Source of the DNA: the human T2T-CHM13v2.0 reference genome, Homo sapiens
DNA length: 64,000 bases
Strand: one strand, 5' to 3'
Assembly (NCBI RefSeq): GCF_009914755.1
Contig: NC_060925.1
The notes below the pieces were generated by a model, which was not told the origin of the DNA, made no database searches, and was given only the letters and a program-made list of their open reading frames with translations. Of this stretch, positions 48,323-64,000 are shown one piece after another. The translations under genes were made by a program, and so were the position numbers. How positions within the stretch are numbered: position 1 is the stretch's first letter; the number at the start of each line of letters is the position of its first letter.

Positions 48323-49712
48323 ATTGTGCTTTTTCAAGTCTACATGCTAAAAGTGGAATTCAACACATTTCCCCCAATAGTTCTCTAAATGTCTCTTCCT
48401 TTCCAATAATGTCATTGTTCTCTCACACTAACAGGACTCAACTCTGATTGATACTTTGTTGGTGCTGAAAGATTCTGAGATGTTGTCCTGTCCAGCATCA
48501 GCAAGAAATGGTGATATGATCAATTCATTAATATTTCTGTCACTGTAATAGAAGGAAATGGCAGCCTTGCCATGAGTCTGCTATTTCTGGAGTGGGCTTT
48601 GTCCTAAGAAGTGTTAAGGAACTGGGTTCTGAGAACATGTGCTGACAGGTGCCAATATGAGTGAACAGCCAGTGAGGGCCATAGCTGAGAACATGGCTCT
48701 TCTTGCTGAGGCAGGTGCTGAGTCAAACTAGCCAGGCTAAGAGAAAATTCTGGATCAGAGGCATCAGTTTGGGGCACTAAACTAAGCTTACCAAGCTGGG
48801 GGAAGATGGCAGGGCCAAAGAGGAAAGACAGAACTCATGATTTCTTGGTCAGAAAGCCACGGCAGAAAAGCCTCAAGTCCGAGATGAGATAAGGCAAGGT
48901 CCAACCAGGTGCATTAGCTGGGATTTTTCTTGAGCTGTTGAGCTCTCTTCTCAAAAAATACAAAGCAATGGTGTCCTTTAACTGGGTAAGTTAGGGTTCT
49001 GGAATAAGCTCTCATGTGAATGAAATCATCCAGGGATAGTGAGTAGAAGAGAAGAGGTCAGTTGGGACTTAAATTTGCAAGTAGCAGTCCCATGTTGAGT
49101 GATCCTGAACACAATGGGAAACTTGAAATGAGGATGGAGCTGTGACTGTCTTTTGGAGGCCAAGGGTGGGAATGTCATGGGCCATTAAAAGGCCGGGCAA
49201 CTGAAACGTTGTGCCAGGGATTCTCACTGTCTCCTGTCTCTGCTTCTCTACACTTGTATGCATTGTTCTGTTCTCTCCCTGACAGCTTCCTTCACTTCTT
49301 AGCCTAACTTGATAGAATGAGGCTGCCTCTGGCTCCTAGCTTCTCATGCCATAGTTCCACCCAAAGAGCTTAACAAGATGTTGGGTCGTAGTTCCTAATT
49401 TTAAGGAGCAAGAATCTGACTGGCCCATCTTTGGTCAGTTGTCCACCCTGGGTCAATCTGCTAAGGCCAGGAAGGCAGTACCAACATAACCTGTTAAAGG
49501 CTCATTCTCGTGGATATGGGAGAAGGAGAAGGATATTCCCAGGAAGAGGGATTAAGAGTTGGCCTGCAGGCCAGGAAAATACCCTAAATGTTATCTATTA
49601 CAGGATCTAAAGATGGAGAACTGGAAAACACCAACATTCATTGGATGTCAGAGAGCAGAACCATAGAAAAAGACAAAGAATGTTTCTCCAGGGAATCAGG
49701 AGGAAAACTAAC

Positions 49713-49784
49713 AGAAAAAATCATGGGTACTAAGAGAAAAAATCACGGGTACTAAGAGAAAAAATCACGGGTACTAAGAGAAAA
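49713..49784. repeat. 22-bp minisatellite, 3.3 copies
   Basis: AGAAAAAATCA(T/C)GGGTACTAAG at 49713, 49735 and 49757. Confidence 0.95.
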
Positions 49785-50397
49785 GAGAGCTTATTTAAAG
49801 AAGAGAGGAGACATAAATGGTCAAATGCTATGGAGCAGTCAAAAAGAATGAACAGTATGAGAGACAATTTGATTACAGCAAATTAGTGCAAACTTTTTAG
49901 AAAACACATTAAGAAGAAAGTTGATGAGGAAATCAGATTTCTGTGGGTTAAAGAATGAGGTTGGTTGTATTTTTATAGGTAAATATAAAAATGTTAGTTT
50001 TAGTTGTGCTGTCAACTTTGGAAAAAGAATTCACCTATGCTATGTTAACCTGGCATTATTCGGAATTTAACATAGGCTTAGAAACAGTAAACTTTTTTCT
50101 CTGATCTTTACTGGGGTAATATGCTGTATTAAATATGTAAGATCTTATCTACACAGTTTAGATTACAGAAACTAAGACATAATCTCAAAACAATGTTAAA
50201 AAGGGGAGAAAAATAATTCAAAAGGCCAAGAAACATATGAAAATGTGCTTAACCTTACTTGTAACCACAGAAGTGTGACTAAAAACCACAAGGTAACACA
50301 ACTATATGCCCATCAGATTCACCAAAATTAAAAAGTCTGAAAATTCCAAGAGTAGCAAAATATGAAACAATGGGGACAATTCTCAAAAACTGCCCAT

Positions 50398-51005
<608 letters not shown>

Positions 51006-51250
51006 CCATCCCCGCTCCCCCCAAAAAAGTTGCCAATTCACCTTACATTTGAGAGGTTTCCATTTGCATAGAACACATGGGGTCATAGCAACCCCCTTCA
51101 ATTGTGCAAGGACGTGGCCTACTTGGGAAAACTGGGAGTTTTTGGGTAAGTTGGAGATTCACATAGCTTATTACATGGTAGTTTTGCTCTTATGTATATA
51201 GCTAGAGAAATTTGTATATATGTGCACAGGATGATTACTTATAATAGACC

Positions 51251-51383
51251 TGTTATGGATTGAAGGAGTCTGAGTGGTACCTTGATCTTGGACTCCCCAG
51301 CCTCCAGAACTGTGAGAAATAAATGTCTGTTGTTGAAGCAATCCAGTCTATGGTATTTTGTTATAGTAGCCTGAACTAAGACA
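51251..51383 (+). mobile_element. MLT1A-type LTR with a large internal deletion
   Basis: TGTTATGGATTGAA joined to CCTTGATCTTGGACT..CAGCCTCCAGAACTGTGAGAAATAAA..CTAAGACA; 5-bp TSD AGACC. Confidence 0.85.
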
Positions 51384-52574
51384 AGACCCAAACTATACAC
51401 AATCCTATGCCCATCAAAAATAAGATGGAAAAGCAAAACTACTGTGCATTAATAATGGGATACCAGGCTGCAAAGAACATGCAACATGGATACACCTCAC
51501 AAATGTCCTGTTCAAGGAAAGAGACAAGACACATAAGAATACAACAGCATATTTCCTGTCAAATGAAGTCCAAAAGCAGGCAAAGCTCAATTCTATGTTA
51601 TAGCGTAACTACTGCAGAGAAAGTGAAAAATAAATGAAAAGCATTTAAAAGTCAGTATGGTGGTTACCCAGTTGGCGATGGAGCCTGAGGTAAGAGTGGG
51701 GCTCATCAAGGCTCCTTGAGTGCTGGAATGTTCTGTTTCATGGCCTAAGGAGTGGTCATATGAGCCTTTGTTTTATAACCTCTCATTAAGCTATACTTGT
51801 ATTTTATGCACTCTTCTGTGATATTTTTAAATTAAAGAATAAAAAGGGGGTGAGGGCTAAAGTGGGGATTTACAAGTGAAGATGTTATATTGAGCATTAT
51901 ATTTTATTTTTGCTCTCTTCCAGAACCTAGCTAAAAGCGTCATGTGTGTGTGTTTGTGTGTGTATGTGTGTATTTTCTGTGGACTCATGAAACCAGGAGA
52001 GCAAGAGAGGAGAACATAAATGAGTGAGTGGCAAACCTTTCAACAGGCTCAAGGAAACAGAATCCTAAGCTGTCAATGAAAACAGCTGAGAACCAACTTT
52101 ATTTTCACCACAGAATCTTGAAAAGGCTCAGGAATTTGTGGTAGCTGGAGTCTTCAGAAATAGGGTTAAGCAGCTATTAATATAGGGAGGATTTGTTGAC
52201 AGCCCCCAGGTTCCTTCCCTCACCCAGGACTGCTGGATGACTTGGATGACTGTTGCTTCCTTCTCCAAACAGAGGATTGGAGGTTTATTTTCCAGAGGAA
52301 GCAAAATTCAGGGTTTCCAGATTGGGAGACACCAGGTACAGGTGAAGATGGGAGCTCCCTAACAAGCTCAGGAGAATTGTTCAAATGGAATTGCTGAGGC
52401 CCTCACCCCACACAACTCAGTTCCTAGAAAGCCGGCCACCAGGGCTTTACCGCCTACATCTGTCAATAGGAAGAATGTATTCTGGGAAATATGAACAGCC
52501 CAAGTTAAAAGGACTAAAGATACTGAAATGAGAAGGTTCCTAGCAAATGACTCAGGCACATCACTTGATAATGA

Positions 52575-52926
<352 letters not shown>

Positions 52927-53145
52927 TGGTTTTGTATTTTCTTAATCTTTCAATCTCTCTCTCTCAAAAAGTGTGTACACTCTTTCTTTCTTTAAAAATG
53001 CTTTATATGGAAGATTTCAAACATAAACAGAAGTAGAGACTGACTAGCAAAAGAACCCCTCCATGCACTCATTGCCCAGCCTCAATGAGGATCAACCTTT
53101 GGCCTACCTGCTGCTTCTACTCTCTCATCTAAAATATAGCCCTTA

Positions 53146-53303
53146 GGCTGGGTGCAGTGGCTCACACCTGTAATCCCAGCACTTTGGGATCCTGAGGTGG
53201 AATGATCACTTGAGGCCAGGAGTTCAAAACCAGCCTGGGCAACATAGTGAGACCCCCATCGCTATTATAAATAAATAAATAAATAAATAAATACATAAAT
53301 AAA
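53146..53303 (+). mobile_element. FLAM with (TAAA)n tail
   Basis: Alu left monomer. Confidence 0.9.
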
Positions 53304-53453
53304 TATTCAGTCCTCACTCCAGGCTACTTTGAACCAAATCCCAGGCCTCATATAATTTTATCTGTAAATATTTCACTATGAATCTCTAAAAGGCAATGAC
53401 TACTCATTTAAAATATAACCACAATACCAGGATCAACCTAAAAAAGGTCTTAA

Positions 53454-53923
<470 letters not shown>

Positions 53924-54773
53924 TATTTGTTTTAATTTTTAAATTTTTTCATAGCAGGATTTCAGGCACCTTTACTCATAGATATTTTTGGTCAGGGAGA
54001 CCTGCCTTTGAAATCGTTCCATTACTTAAAGGAGGCCAACCCCTGCCTCAGTTACGACTCTCCTACAAATGCAGTCAACCATATCATTTCCATTTGCCAT
54101 GTATGAGGCTTGAAAACATCCTACATGCAGGTTTTGGCTGATCTGGTCACAACCCAGTGTGTGTGGGGGATTTGAGGGTAAATCCTGCAGCACAACCCAT
54201 TGGCCTCATCAAAGAGGCTCTGTAGATGGGTAACCACAGTGGTGAACTCATTTTATTACAGAAAGATTTTACTCCTTTATGTCTCCCATGTAATTTGCAA
54301 ACGGGACAAATTATTTCTTAATATTATTATAAATTTGCAATATAAACACCAAGACTGGTGATATGGGAAACTTAAAATTCATGTTTTTTGACTTTTCAAG
54401 TTTTTGTTGTATAAAGGCACTTTGTGGTGACAATCACTTGGATCGCCTTCCAGGTCATCAATATTGGCCTCTAGGCTTAGCACTCCTGACACTGCATTTT
54501 TGAGTGGCAAAAGTTAAGAGTTATTATCCCTGTCTTCTATAATCAATGATAAATTTGTTACTCTGTAAGAATTTAGATAAGAAACAGTTTAAGTAAAATA
54601 GTATTTCTGAAAAACTCAAGTCTACTACAAGTCATTTATCATATTTCTAGCCAAGCAACTGGCATGGACTTAATATGGTCTCTTTTCCTTATCTCTTTCT
54701 TTTCCAACCAGTAGCTAAATGGAAAGATGGAGTAATTGAGTTTTAAAATCCTGCCAAATTTTTTTATGGTAAC

Positions 54774-55127
54774 TGATGTGGTTTGGCTGTGTCCCCACCC
54801 AAATCTCAACTTGAATTGTATCTCCCAGAATTCCCTTATGTTGTGGGAGGGACCCAGGGGAGGTAACTGAATCATGGGGGCCGGTCTTTCCCATGCTATT
54901 CTCGTGATAGTGAGTAAGTCTAATGAGACTTGACGGGTTTATCAGGGGTTTCTGCTTTTGCTTCTTCCTCATTTTTCTCTTGCCACCACCATGTAAGAAG
55001 TGCCTTTCGCCTCCCACGATGATTCTAAGGCCTCCCCAGCCATATGGAACTGTAAATCCAATTAAATCTCTTTTTGTTCCCAGTTTCGGGTATGTCTTTA
55101 TCAGCAGTGTGAAAATGAACTAATACA
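54774..55127 (+). mobile_element. THE1A solo LTR (MaLR)
   Basis: TGATGTGGTTTGGCTGTGTCCCCACCCAAATCTC...GAACTAATACA, 354 bp; perfect TSD GTAAC at 54769-54773 and 55128-55132. Confidence 0.95.
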
Positions 55128-55180
55128 GTAACCATTGTAGATGAACCATGTAGGGGCCTCCTGAAGTATCAGAATCTCTC

Positions 55181-55479
55181 TTTTTTTTCTTCATTTTTTG
55201 AGACAGGGTTTTGCTCTGTCACTCAGGCTGGAGTGCAGTGGCGTGACTGGCTCACTGCAACTTCTGCCTTCTGGGTTCAAGTGATTCTCCTGCCTCAGCC
55301 CCCAAAGTAGCTGGGATTACAGGCATGCACCATCATGCCCAACTAATTTTTGTATTTTTAATGGAGGTGGGGTTTCCCCATGTTGGCCAGGCTGGTCTTG
55401 AACTCCTGACCTTAAGTGATCCACCCGCCTTGGCCTCCCAAAGTGCTGGGATTACAGGTGTGAGCCACCGTACCCAACC
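55181..55479 (-). mobile_element. AluS
   Basis: TSD TGAAGTA(TC/CT)AGAATCTC. Confidence 0.96.
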
Positions 55480-55978
55480 ATGAAGTACTAGAATCTCATG
55501 CAAAACTCTAACAAATGCCTCATTACAGTAAGCTATTCTGTTATTTTGTGTACTGTAAAAGTTCTAACACAAGAAAGTGTCAATGGTTGCTTTTCATTGA
55601 TTTTAGCATATGATCTCAGGGACTTAGACATAAGTCTAAGTTCTATTCTGAGTTTTGGCAACAGCAATGACAGATATTTCTGAATAAACAATTTTTAGGT
55701 GTTTTTAGCCATTTGAAAAATATTGCCAACACACTATTTGGGGTTACCGCAACAGTCACTTTGTGCTGAGAATTAAAGAACCCTAAACTTTATAAATATC
55801 GTACTTCACCAAGACTAACTATAATCGAAAGATTTACTGTTCTTCTAATAAAAAAATTACACAGCAACTTTTACCAAACAGCAACTACTACAAAATAAAT
55901 GGCAAGAAAAAAATAGGACTTCACAAAAATACACTAAAAAATTTGACAATTTTATGCAGAAACTGCCAAAGCTTTAGT

Positions 55979-56294
55979 GTTTATTTATTTATGTTTTTTC
56001 TTTTTTCTTTTTTGAGATGGAGTCTTGCTCTGTTGCCCAGGTTGGAGTGCAGTGGCATGATCTTGGCTCACTGCAGCCTCTGTCTCTTGGGTTCAAGTGA
56101 TTCTCTGCCTCAGCCTCCCGAGTAGCTGGGATTACAGACGTGCACAACCACATCTGGCTAATTTTTGTATTTTTACTAGAGATGGGGTTTCACCATTTTG
56201 GCCAGGATGGTCTCGAACTCCTGACCTCAAGTGATCCACCAGCCTTGGCCCTCCAAAGTGCTGGGATTACAGGCATGAACCACTGCGCCTGGCC
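55979..56294 (-). mobile_element. AluS
   Basis: TSD TTTAGTGTTT. Confidence 0.95.
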
Positions 56295-56319
56295 AGTTTT
56301 AGTGTTTAATAATTAATAG

Positions 56320-57373
<1,054 letters not shown>

Positions 57374-57504
57374 TATTTCCATTATGGGGCATGTAAGTTA
57401 CCTTTGTCTTGCTTTTGTGATGTTAGTAATACAGGAGTATGGGAGATTATCAATGATTAATAAACAAACAATTATAATACATTAATAATAAATTAATAAA
57501 TAAT

Positions 57505-57806
<302 letters not shown>

Positions 57807-57908
57807 TTAATAAATAATTTCTCAGTGGAATTTTCCTTTCATAAAAAACAACCCCAAACCATTTCTTCTCTAACAGAAAGCAGCCTGAAAGATATGCAAA
57901 CTAGGAGC

Positions 57909-58708
<800 letters not shown>

Positions 58709-58891
58709 TGGCCAGGAGCTTTTATAAGTAAATGCTGGCAGCTGCACTTGGGAGCCAGGTTACATTCAATATGGCAGTTCCTGCTCTCTTTTCCTTGTCA
58801 CCATGTGTTCCTGTGTCATGGCAGCCTCTAGGTAAAACCATGTGTGCAGGTATCATGGCAGCCAGGTAGAAGCCGCATTTGCATAATTAAA

Positions 58892-59966
58892 TGTTACAGG
58901 AAGGCAGGGACCCTGAACGGAGGGACTGGCTGGAGCTGCGGCAGAGGAAGATAACTTGTGAAGATTTCATGGACATTTATCAGTTCCCAAATAATACTTT
59001 TATAATTTCTTATGCCTGTCTTTACTTTAATCTCTTAATCCTGTTATCTTCATAAGCTGAGGATGTACGTCACCTCAGGACCACTGTGATAATTATGTCA
59101 ACGTACGAATTGATTGTAAAACGTGTGTTTGAACAATATGAAATCAGTGCACCTTGAAAAAGAACAGAATAACAGCAATTTTTAGGGAACAAGGGAAGAC
59201 AACTGTAAGGTCTGACTGCCTGTGGGGTTGGGCAAAAAGAGCCATATTTTTCTTCTTGCATAGAGTCTATAAACAGACATGCAAGTAGGAGAGATATTGC
59301 TAAATTATTTTCCTAGCAAGGAATATTAATACCCTGGGAAAGGAATGCATTCCTGGGGGGAGGTCTATAAATGGCCGCTCTGGGAATGTCTGTCTTATGC
59401 AGTTGAGATAAGGATTCAGATAGGCCCTGGTCTCCTGCAGTACCCTCAGGCTTGCTAGGGTGAGGAAAAACTGCCCCAGTAAATTTGTGGTCAGACCGGT
59501 TCTCTGCTCTCGAACACTGTTTTCTGTTATTTAAGATGTTTATAAAGACAATACAGGTACCGCTGAACATAGACCCTTATCAGTAGTTCTGCTTTTGCCC
59601 TTTGCCTTGTGATCTTTGTTGGACCCTTATCAGTAGTTCTGCTTTGCCCTTTGTCCTGTTCCCTCAGAAGCATGTGATCTTTGTTAGACCCTTACTAGTA
59701 GTTCTGCTTTTTGCCTTTTGAAGCATGTGATCTTTGTACCTACTCCCTGCTCTTACATCCCCTCCCCTTTTGAAACTTTTAATAAAAACTTGCTGGTCTG
59801 AGACTCAGGCGGGCATCACAGTTCTACTGATAGGTGATGTCACCCCTGGCAGCCCAGCTGTAAAATTCCTCTCTTTGTACTGTCTCTCTTTATTTCTCAG
59901 CCGGCTGACACTTATGGAAAATAGAAAGAACCTACGTTGAAATATTGGGGGTGGGTTCCCCCAATA
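58892..59966 (+). mobile_element. MER11 solo LTR (HERV-K/HML-8), MER11C-like length
   Basis: TGTTACAGGAAGGCAGGGACCCTGAACGGAGGGAC...GAAATATTGGGGGTGGGTTCCCCCAATA, 1075 bp; three internal GACCCTTA..AGTAGTTCTGCTTT repeats; 6-bp TSD ATTAAA/ATAAAA. Confidence 0.92.
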
Positions 59967-60419
59967 ATAAAAGACCAGGGTCTGAGGGCCAGTCTTCTCC
60001 TGGGCTGTGTAAATGTCACTCCTGGTCAAGCCAATCCCCTGGACCCTATGTACATCAGTCACTGCCTCCTCAAGCCTCTGTATACAACTGATTGCATTCT
60101 GCCACAACCCAGACGCCCTCTCTTGGGCAACCTGCTTTCTCAGCATGAGGAAGGCTTTGCTCTTTCTCTTCTTTTTTCTCTATTAAATTTTCCTTTCCTA
60201 AACCCATTCCTTGTGTGTGTTTGTGTCCTGAGTTCTTTTGGTGTGAGACAAAGAACCAGGGTATATACCCCAGACAATGGAGCCATTTCATTCGTTGCCA
60301 CTGATAATCATTGAATAGATTTATTAATTCATTAGGCATTGTGAAATAATAGTATTCCAAGTGTAATGAAAATATTTTCATTGATCTTCCTTTACTAGCT
60401 GAATCAGTTAAGCAGTCTT

Positions 60420-60870
60420 TATGTTGCTGCCTCTTTAGCCATTTTCGTTGCCTGAAGCTTTCTCTAATAGAGCCTCAGAAATGGTCCCTGGAAATAATGT
60501 TTCTCAAATCCTCGTTTGTTTGCCAAAGTGTGTTTTCTGCCTTAATACTTGAATATCAGCTGAGCTGGATTTAAAATTCTTGGCTCACATTTTGAGTATT
60601 CTAAATGTTACTCCATTGATTTCTGGCATGAAACATTGATGTTGAAAGTCTGGTGACATTCTAATTTTCTTTTTCTTTAAAAATACTTTTTTTTTTGCCT
60701 GTTTGCACAATAATTTTTTTTTCTTTTTCTCTAAAATCCAATAGTTTCAGAATGGAACTATTGTGGGTTGATTTTTCCCAATATATGCAATGTGTCTGTG
60801 CAATATGTAGTTTTAAGTTTTTTTAATTTTCATTTTTAATTTGAAAAAAGTTTTTTTGAACTTCAGTTTG
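60420..60870 (-). mobile_element. Old L1ME-type fragment
   Basis: GCTGGATTTAAAATTCTTGGCTCACA..CTCCATTGATTTCTGGCAT..GAAAGTCTG resembles antisense old L1 ORF1. Confidence 0.6.
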
Positions 60871-60889
60871 TAGTAAAAAAACAGAAAAA

Positions 60890-63497
60890 GCACCAGACTC
60901 CTCTTTTTGAGAGGAAGCTGTTTTTCCTCATGCAATCCTAAGATTGTAAGTGGACAGATTCCTCTCAGACCTAAGACTCTGCTCTCTTTTGTAGGGTGTT
61001 ATCTGATCTCTTTGGCTTTTGTGAGTACCAGAGATAGCTTGGTACTGTGAGAGCATTTGACCTTGGTGTGTGTGTGATGGCTGAAGGTGTGATGGCTGGT
61101 GAGAGCTACAGTGTTAGGGGTAGCTGATAGCAGTTTGCAGTTAACGTTTATTACTACAGGTGGCTACCCGCTTCTTTGGGCTTTTTAAGAAAAGTGTGGT
61201 TTGGGCCCTGAAGATTGCATGCTTTCTTGGCCCTGTCCCTTATTGGGCTCCATTCTAAAGCCAGTAATCTAAACAAGCCAATTTGAAGACTACCTATCAA
61301 ACAAAATCAGTGTTTGAAACTCTTTGTGGAAGAAATTTACATCTTTAAAGGTAATCTCCATTTGTAAGGGCATTTCTGTCTCTGCACTTAAACCACTAGG
61401 AACTTTAACTCTGGGAAAGACAATGGCTTAAAGTTTATGTAACAAATCTTGCTTTTGTGTAGATCTAAGTTCTGTGCCTTTGAGGTGTAAATTTTCTACT
61501 TTCTTTTGCCTGAGTCCTCTTTTGAAGATGCAAATTTGGAGTTGCCTCTCTAACAATTGTTTAGGGAGTGGAACAGGTATGCAAGATATTACTAGCCTAA
61601 AGTGAGGAAGAAACTGAAAACTGGCAAATGAAAAATCTTTTCTTAAAAATTATTTTTATTCACTTTTTCAATTTTTCAAATGGCAGTGAATTCAATTTTA
61701 TTCACTGTCATTTGAGACAGGATCTCACTCTGTTCCTCATGCTGGAGTGTAGTGGTGCAATCACAGCTCACTGCAGCCTCAACCTCCTGGGCTTAAGTGA
61801 TCCTCTCGCCTCAGACTGCCAAGTAGCTAGGACTACAGGTGTGTGCCATGCCTGCAAAAAATTATCATATGGTCAAAAATTACCAAGCCCAGCTAATTAA
61901 AAAAAGAAAAAACTTTTTGTAGAGACAGATCTCACTATGTTGCCCAGGCTGGGTGAACAATCTTTTTTATTTTTTATTTTTTTTGAGACAGTGTTTCACT
62001 CCGTCCCTGGCTAGAATGCAGCGACACAATCTCGCTCATTGCAAACTCTGTCTACTGGGTTCAAGTGATTCTCCTGCCTCAGGCTTTTGAGTACCTGGGA
62101 TTACAGGTGGGCGTCACCACTCCTGGCTAATTTTTGTATTTTTAGTAGAGACAGGGTTTCACCATGTTGGCCAGGCTGGTCTTGAACTCCTGACCTCGCG
62201 ATCCTCTGGCCTCGGCCTCCCAAAGTGCTGGGATTACAGGCATGAGCCCCCGCGCCTGGCCGAAAAATCTTATAAATTTATAAGGTCTGCTTCTGTCTGT
62301 GTGTCTGTTATGTTTATCCAAGTCATGTGTATGTGATATTTCACTACCAAATTAGATGAAAGAGCTCTAATCAATTGGACTAAAGAAAAATTAAGCACTT
62401 AATTCAGAAAAATAGATACTAGCTCAAATGCTTTTTAGTTTATGTGATTTTAGTAATCTTTGGTAAATAAAACTAGTTTCAAAATTCTCTTCAATAATTT
62501 AAAACCTTAAAGTCACGTTATGTTAAATAAGTAATTCTGTTTCTCACTAGAAATAGGCTTACTAAGAGTTAGAACAGTAGTTAATATATGTAATTGAAAC
62601 TGCTAGATACAGGAGAAACTATTCTACATAGAAAGTATATAAAGAAAGGAAGATGTGTTTTTGGTAAATGTTAAAAAACAAGATGTAGGTTTTGCTTAAA
62701 GGAAAAGTAATTGTGTCTACTTTAGAGGCTATTTAAAGACTGTTTCAAAATGAAGGAAAAACATGATGCAGATGAAACTAAATGGAAAGAAAGAGGAAGG
62801 ACAAAAAAGTGGGGAATGAGGAACCTTTGATTCCTAGCTGGCCATGTAGTCACCCATGGTATGGAGCTGTAGCTGTGCTGCATTCAGCTGCTAAAGATAA
62901 AATTTGCCTGTGAAATTTAGAGATGGCTCAAACTTCTGGGAAGTTGGTTCATTAGATGCATAAGGAGATGCAAACCAATAAGCACAAAGCTAAATATTCA
63001 ATCTCTTGGTTATTTTTATCAGTAATAGCTAAAATGAAAGTTGAAAAGTTTAAACAGGCTTTATGTAAGGTAGCTTTAACCTCTTTACCTAAATGTTTTT
63101 TGATAATGAATATTGTATCTGACTAGGGGATGTTTTCCCTACCTACTACTGTGAAACAGAAGGCATGTTCATCTGCCCTTTGAGCAATGTTAATTGGGCA
63201 CACTAAATGGGAACAAGTAAGACTGTCTGAGCCCACAGAGTGTAGAGTAGAAGCTGGAGTGCTGGTAGGGACAAATTCTCCACTTGACTGCCCTTTGTAG
63301 AGCCCATACTGGGGCTCATGGCAAAAGCCTATGAACACCTCCCAGTGATGACTACTGGGACTTTGGACTAGAGAATGTCCACTTGAGGGGCATTTACCAC
63401 CTTGGTATGGGATGCTAACTGAAGCTACCCGTATGCTAATGGAAATAACAGGGCCCAAAAGAGTTCCATGATAAAATGGAAATGGTTTACATAGTAC
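60890..63497 (+). mobile_element. Non-autonomous ERV internal region with ERVL-like pro/pol remnants
   Basis: Frame from 63061 reads VALTSLPKCFLIMNIVSD*...AMLIGHTKWEQVRL...EAGVLVGTNSPLDCPL*...WGSWQKPMNTSQ**LLGLWTR...; then SSMIKWKW in a shifted frame, as in ERVL pol. Confidence 0.8.
61711..62262 (-). mobile_element. Partial AluJ (61711-61951) plus AluS (61963-62262)
   Basis: Antisense Alus; GAA(A/C)AATCTT recurs at ~61630, ~61955 and ~62262. Confidence 0.92.
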
Positions 63498-64000
63498 TGA
63501 AACTGCATTGCAAAATTGTATCTGAGACAGTGAAAGAGATTTGGCCTAACCAACTCTGTCTTGCTTCTGACCTCCAAGCTGTCCTTGTTCATTCTTGGGC
63601 ATAGGCTGATCTAACTTTGGGAGGAACTTAGTTTACAGTTTAAAACAAAGACAGTAACAGCCCTTTCCCAAAACAAACCTTCTTGCCTGGGGAATAGACT
63701 GCCTTTGTAGGACTAACAAATTAGCTACACAATTAGAAATTACGGTTTAGGAGTCATGCAGCTGGAGGATACAAGATTTTGACCCTCCCTAAATTGCTCC
63801 TAAGATCAGTGCTTGAGATATTTTGCAGCTTCTGCACTTGATGGATCAGCTGGCACCACCCAGATAGATAAACTGGGTCCTCTGATCTTGCGGCCCCTCC
63901 CCACCAGGAACTGACTCAATGCAAGAGGACAGCTTCAATTCCCTACAACTTCATTTCCTACTTAACTAATCAGCACTAATGGCTCACTGGCTCCCCACCA
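63498..64000 (+). mobile_element. LTR8 (HUERS-P1 LTR), cut by window edge
   Basis: TGAAACTGCATTGCAAAATT..GAGACAGTGAAAGAGAT..CTCCAAGCTGTCCTTGTTCATTC..GATGGATCAGCTGGCACCACCCAGAT follows the LTR8 consensus. Confidence 0.92.

Noticed and set aside
49713-49784. Repeat array as possible CRISPR
   Set aside because: Units are contiguous with no spacers, and the DNA is eukaryotic.
59570-59735. Three spaced GACCCTTA..AGTAGTTCTGCTTT repeats
   Set aside because: Internal repeat structure of the MER11 LTR.

Overview
Primate (very likely human) nuclear DNA with no intact protein-coding exon, tRNA, rRNA or CRISPR array that I can support. It is an Alu-dense intergenic or intronic block: about 65 Alu/FLAM copies or fragments, roughly one per kb. 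It also carries old L1M, L2, L3/CR1 and MIR remnants, DNA transposons (MER33, MER5A, MER58A, Tigger2a, Tigger3, Charlie1-type) and MaLR LTRs (MLT1F, MLT1D, MLT1A, THE1A). A retroviral pile-up fills the last 6.5 kb: an LTR9/MER61-type LTR split by a MER11 solo LTR, an ERV internal segment with ERVL-like pol remnants, and LTR8. Nearly all ORFs in the supplied track are Alu, L1 or LTR translation artefacts. The best unexplained signals are: a ~270 bp local inverted duplication (39221-40823); a CpG-retaining island with a strong CTCF motif (46071-46387); a possible decayed terminal exon or retrocopy (53950-56330); a near-exact 27-mer shared by two unique sites; and a few well-formed candidate exons on the + strand. 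I found no convincing evidence of a novel multi-gene system. Repeat families were assigned by eye from remembered consensus sequences, so subfamilies and old-repeat boundaries are approximate. I could not identify the locus.
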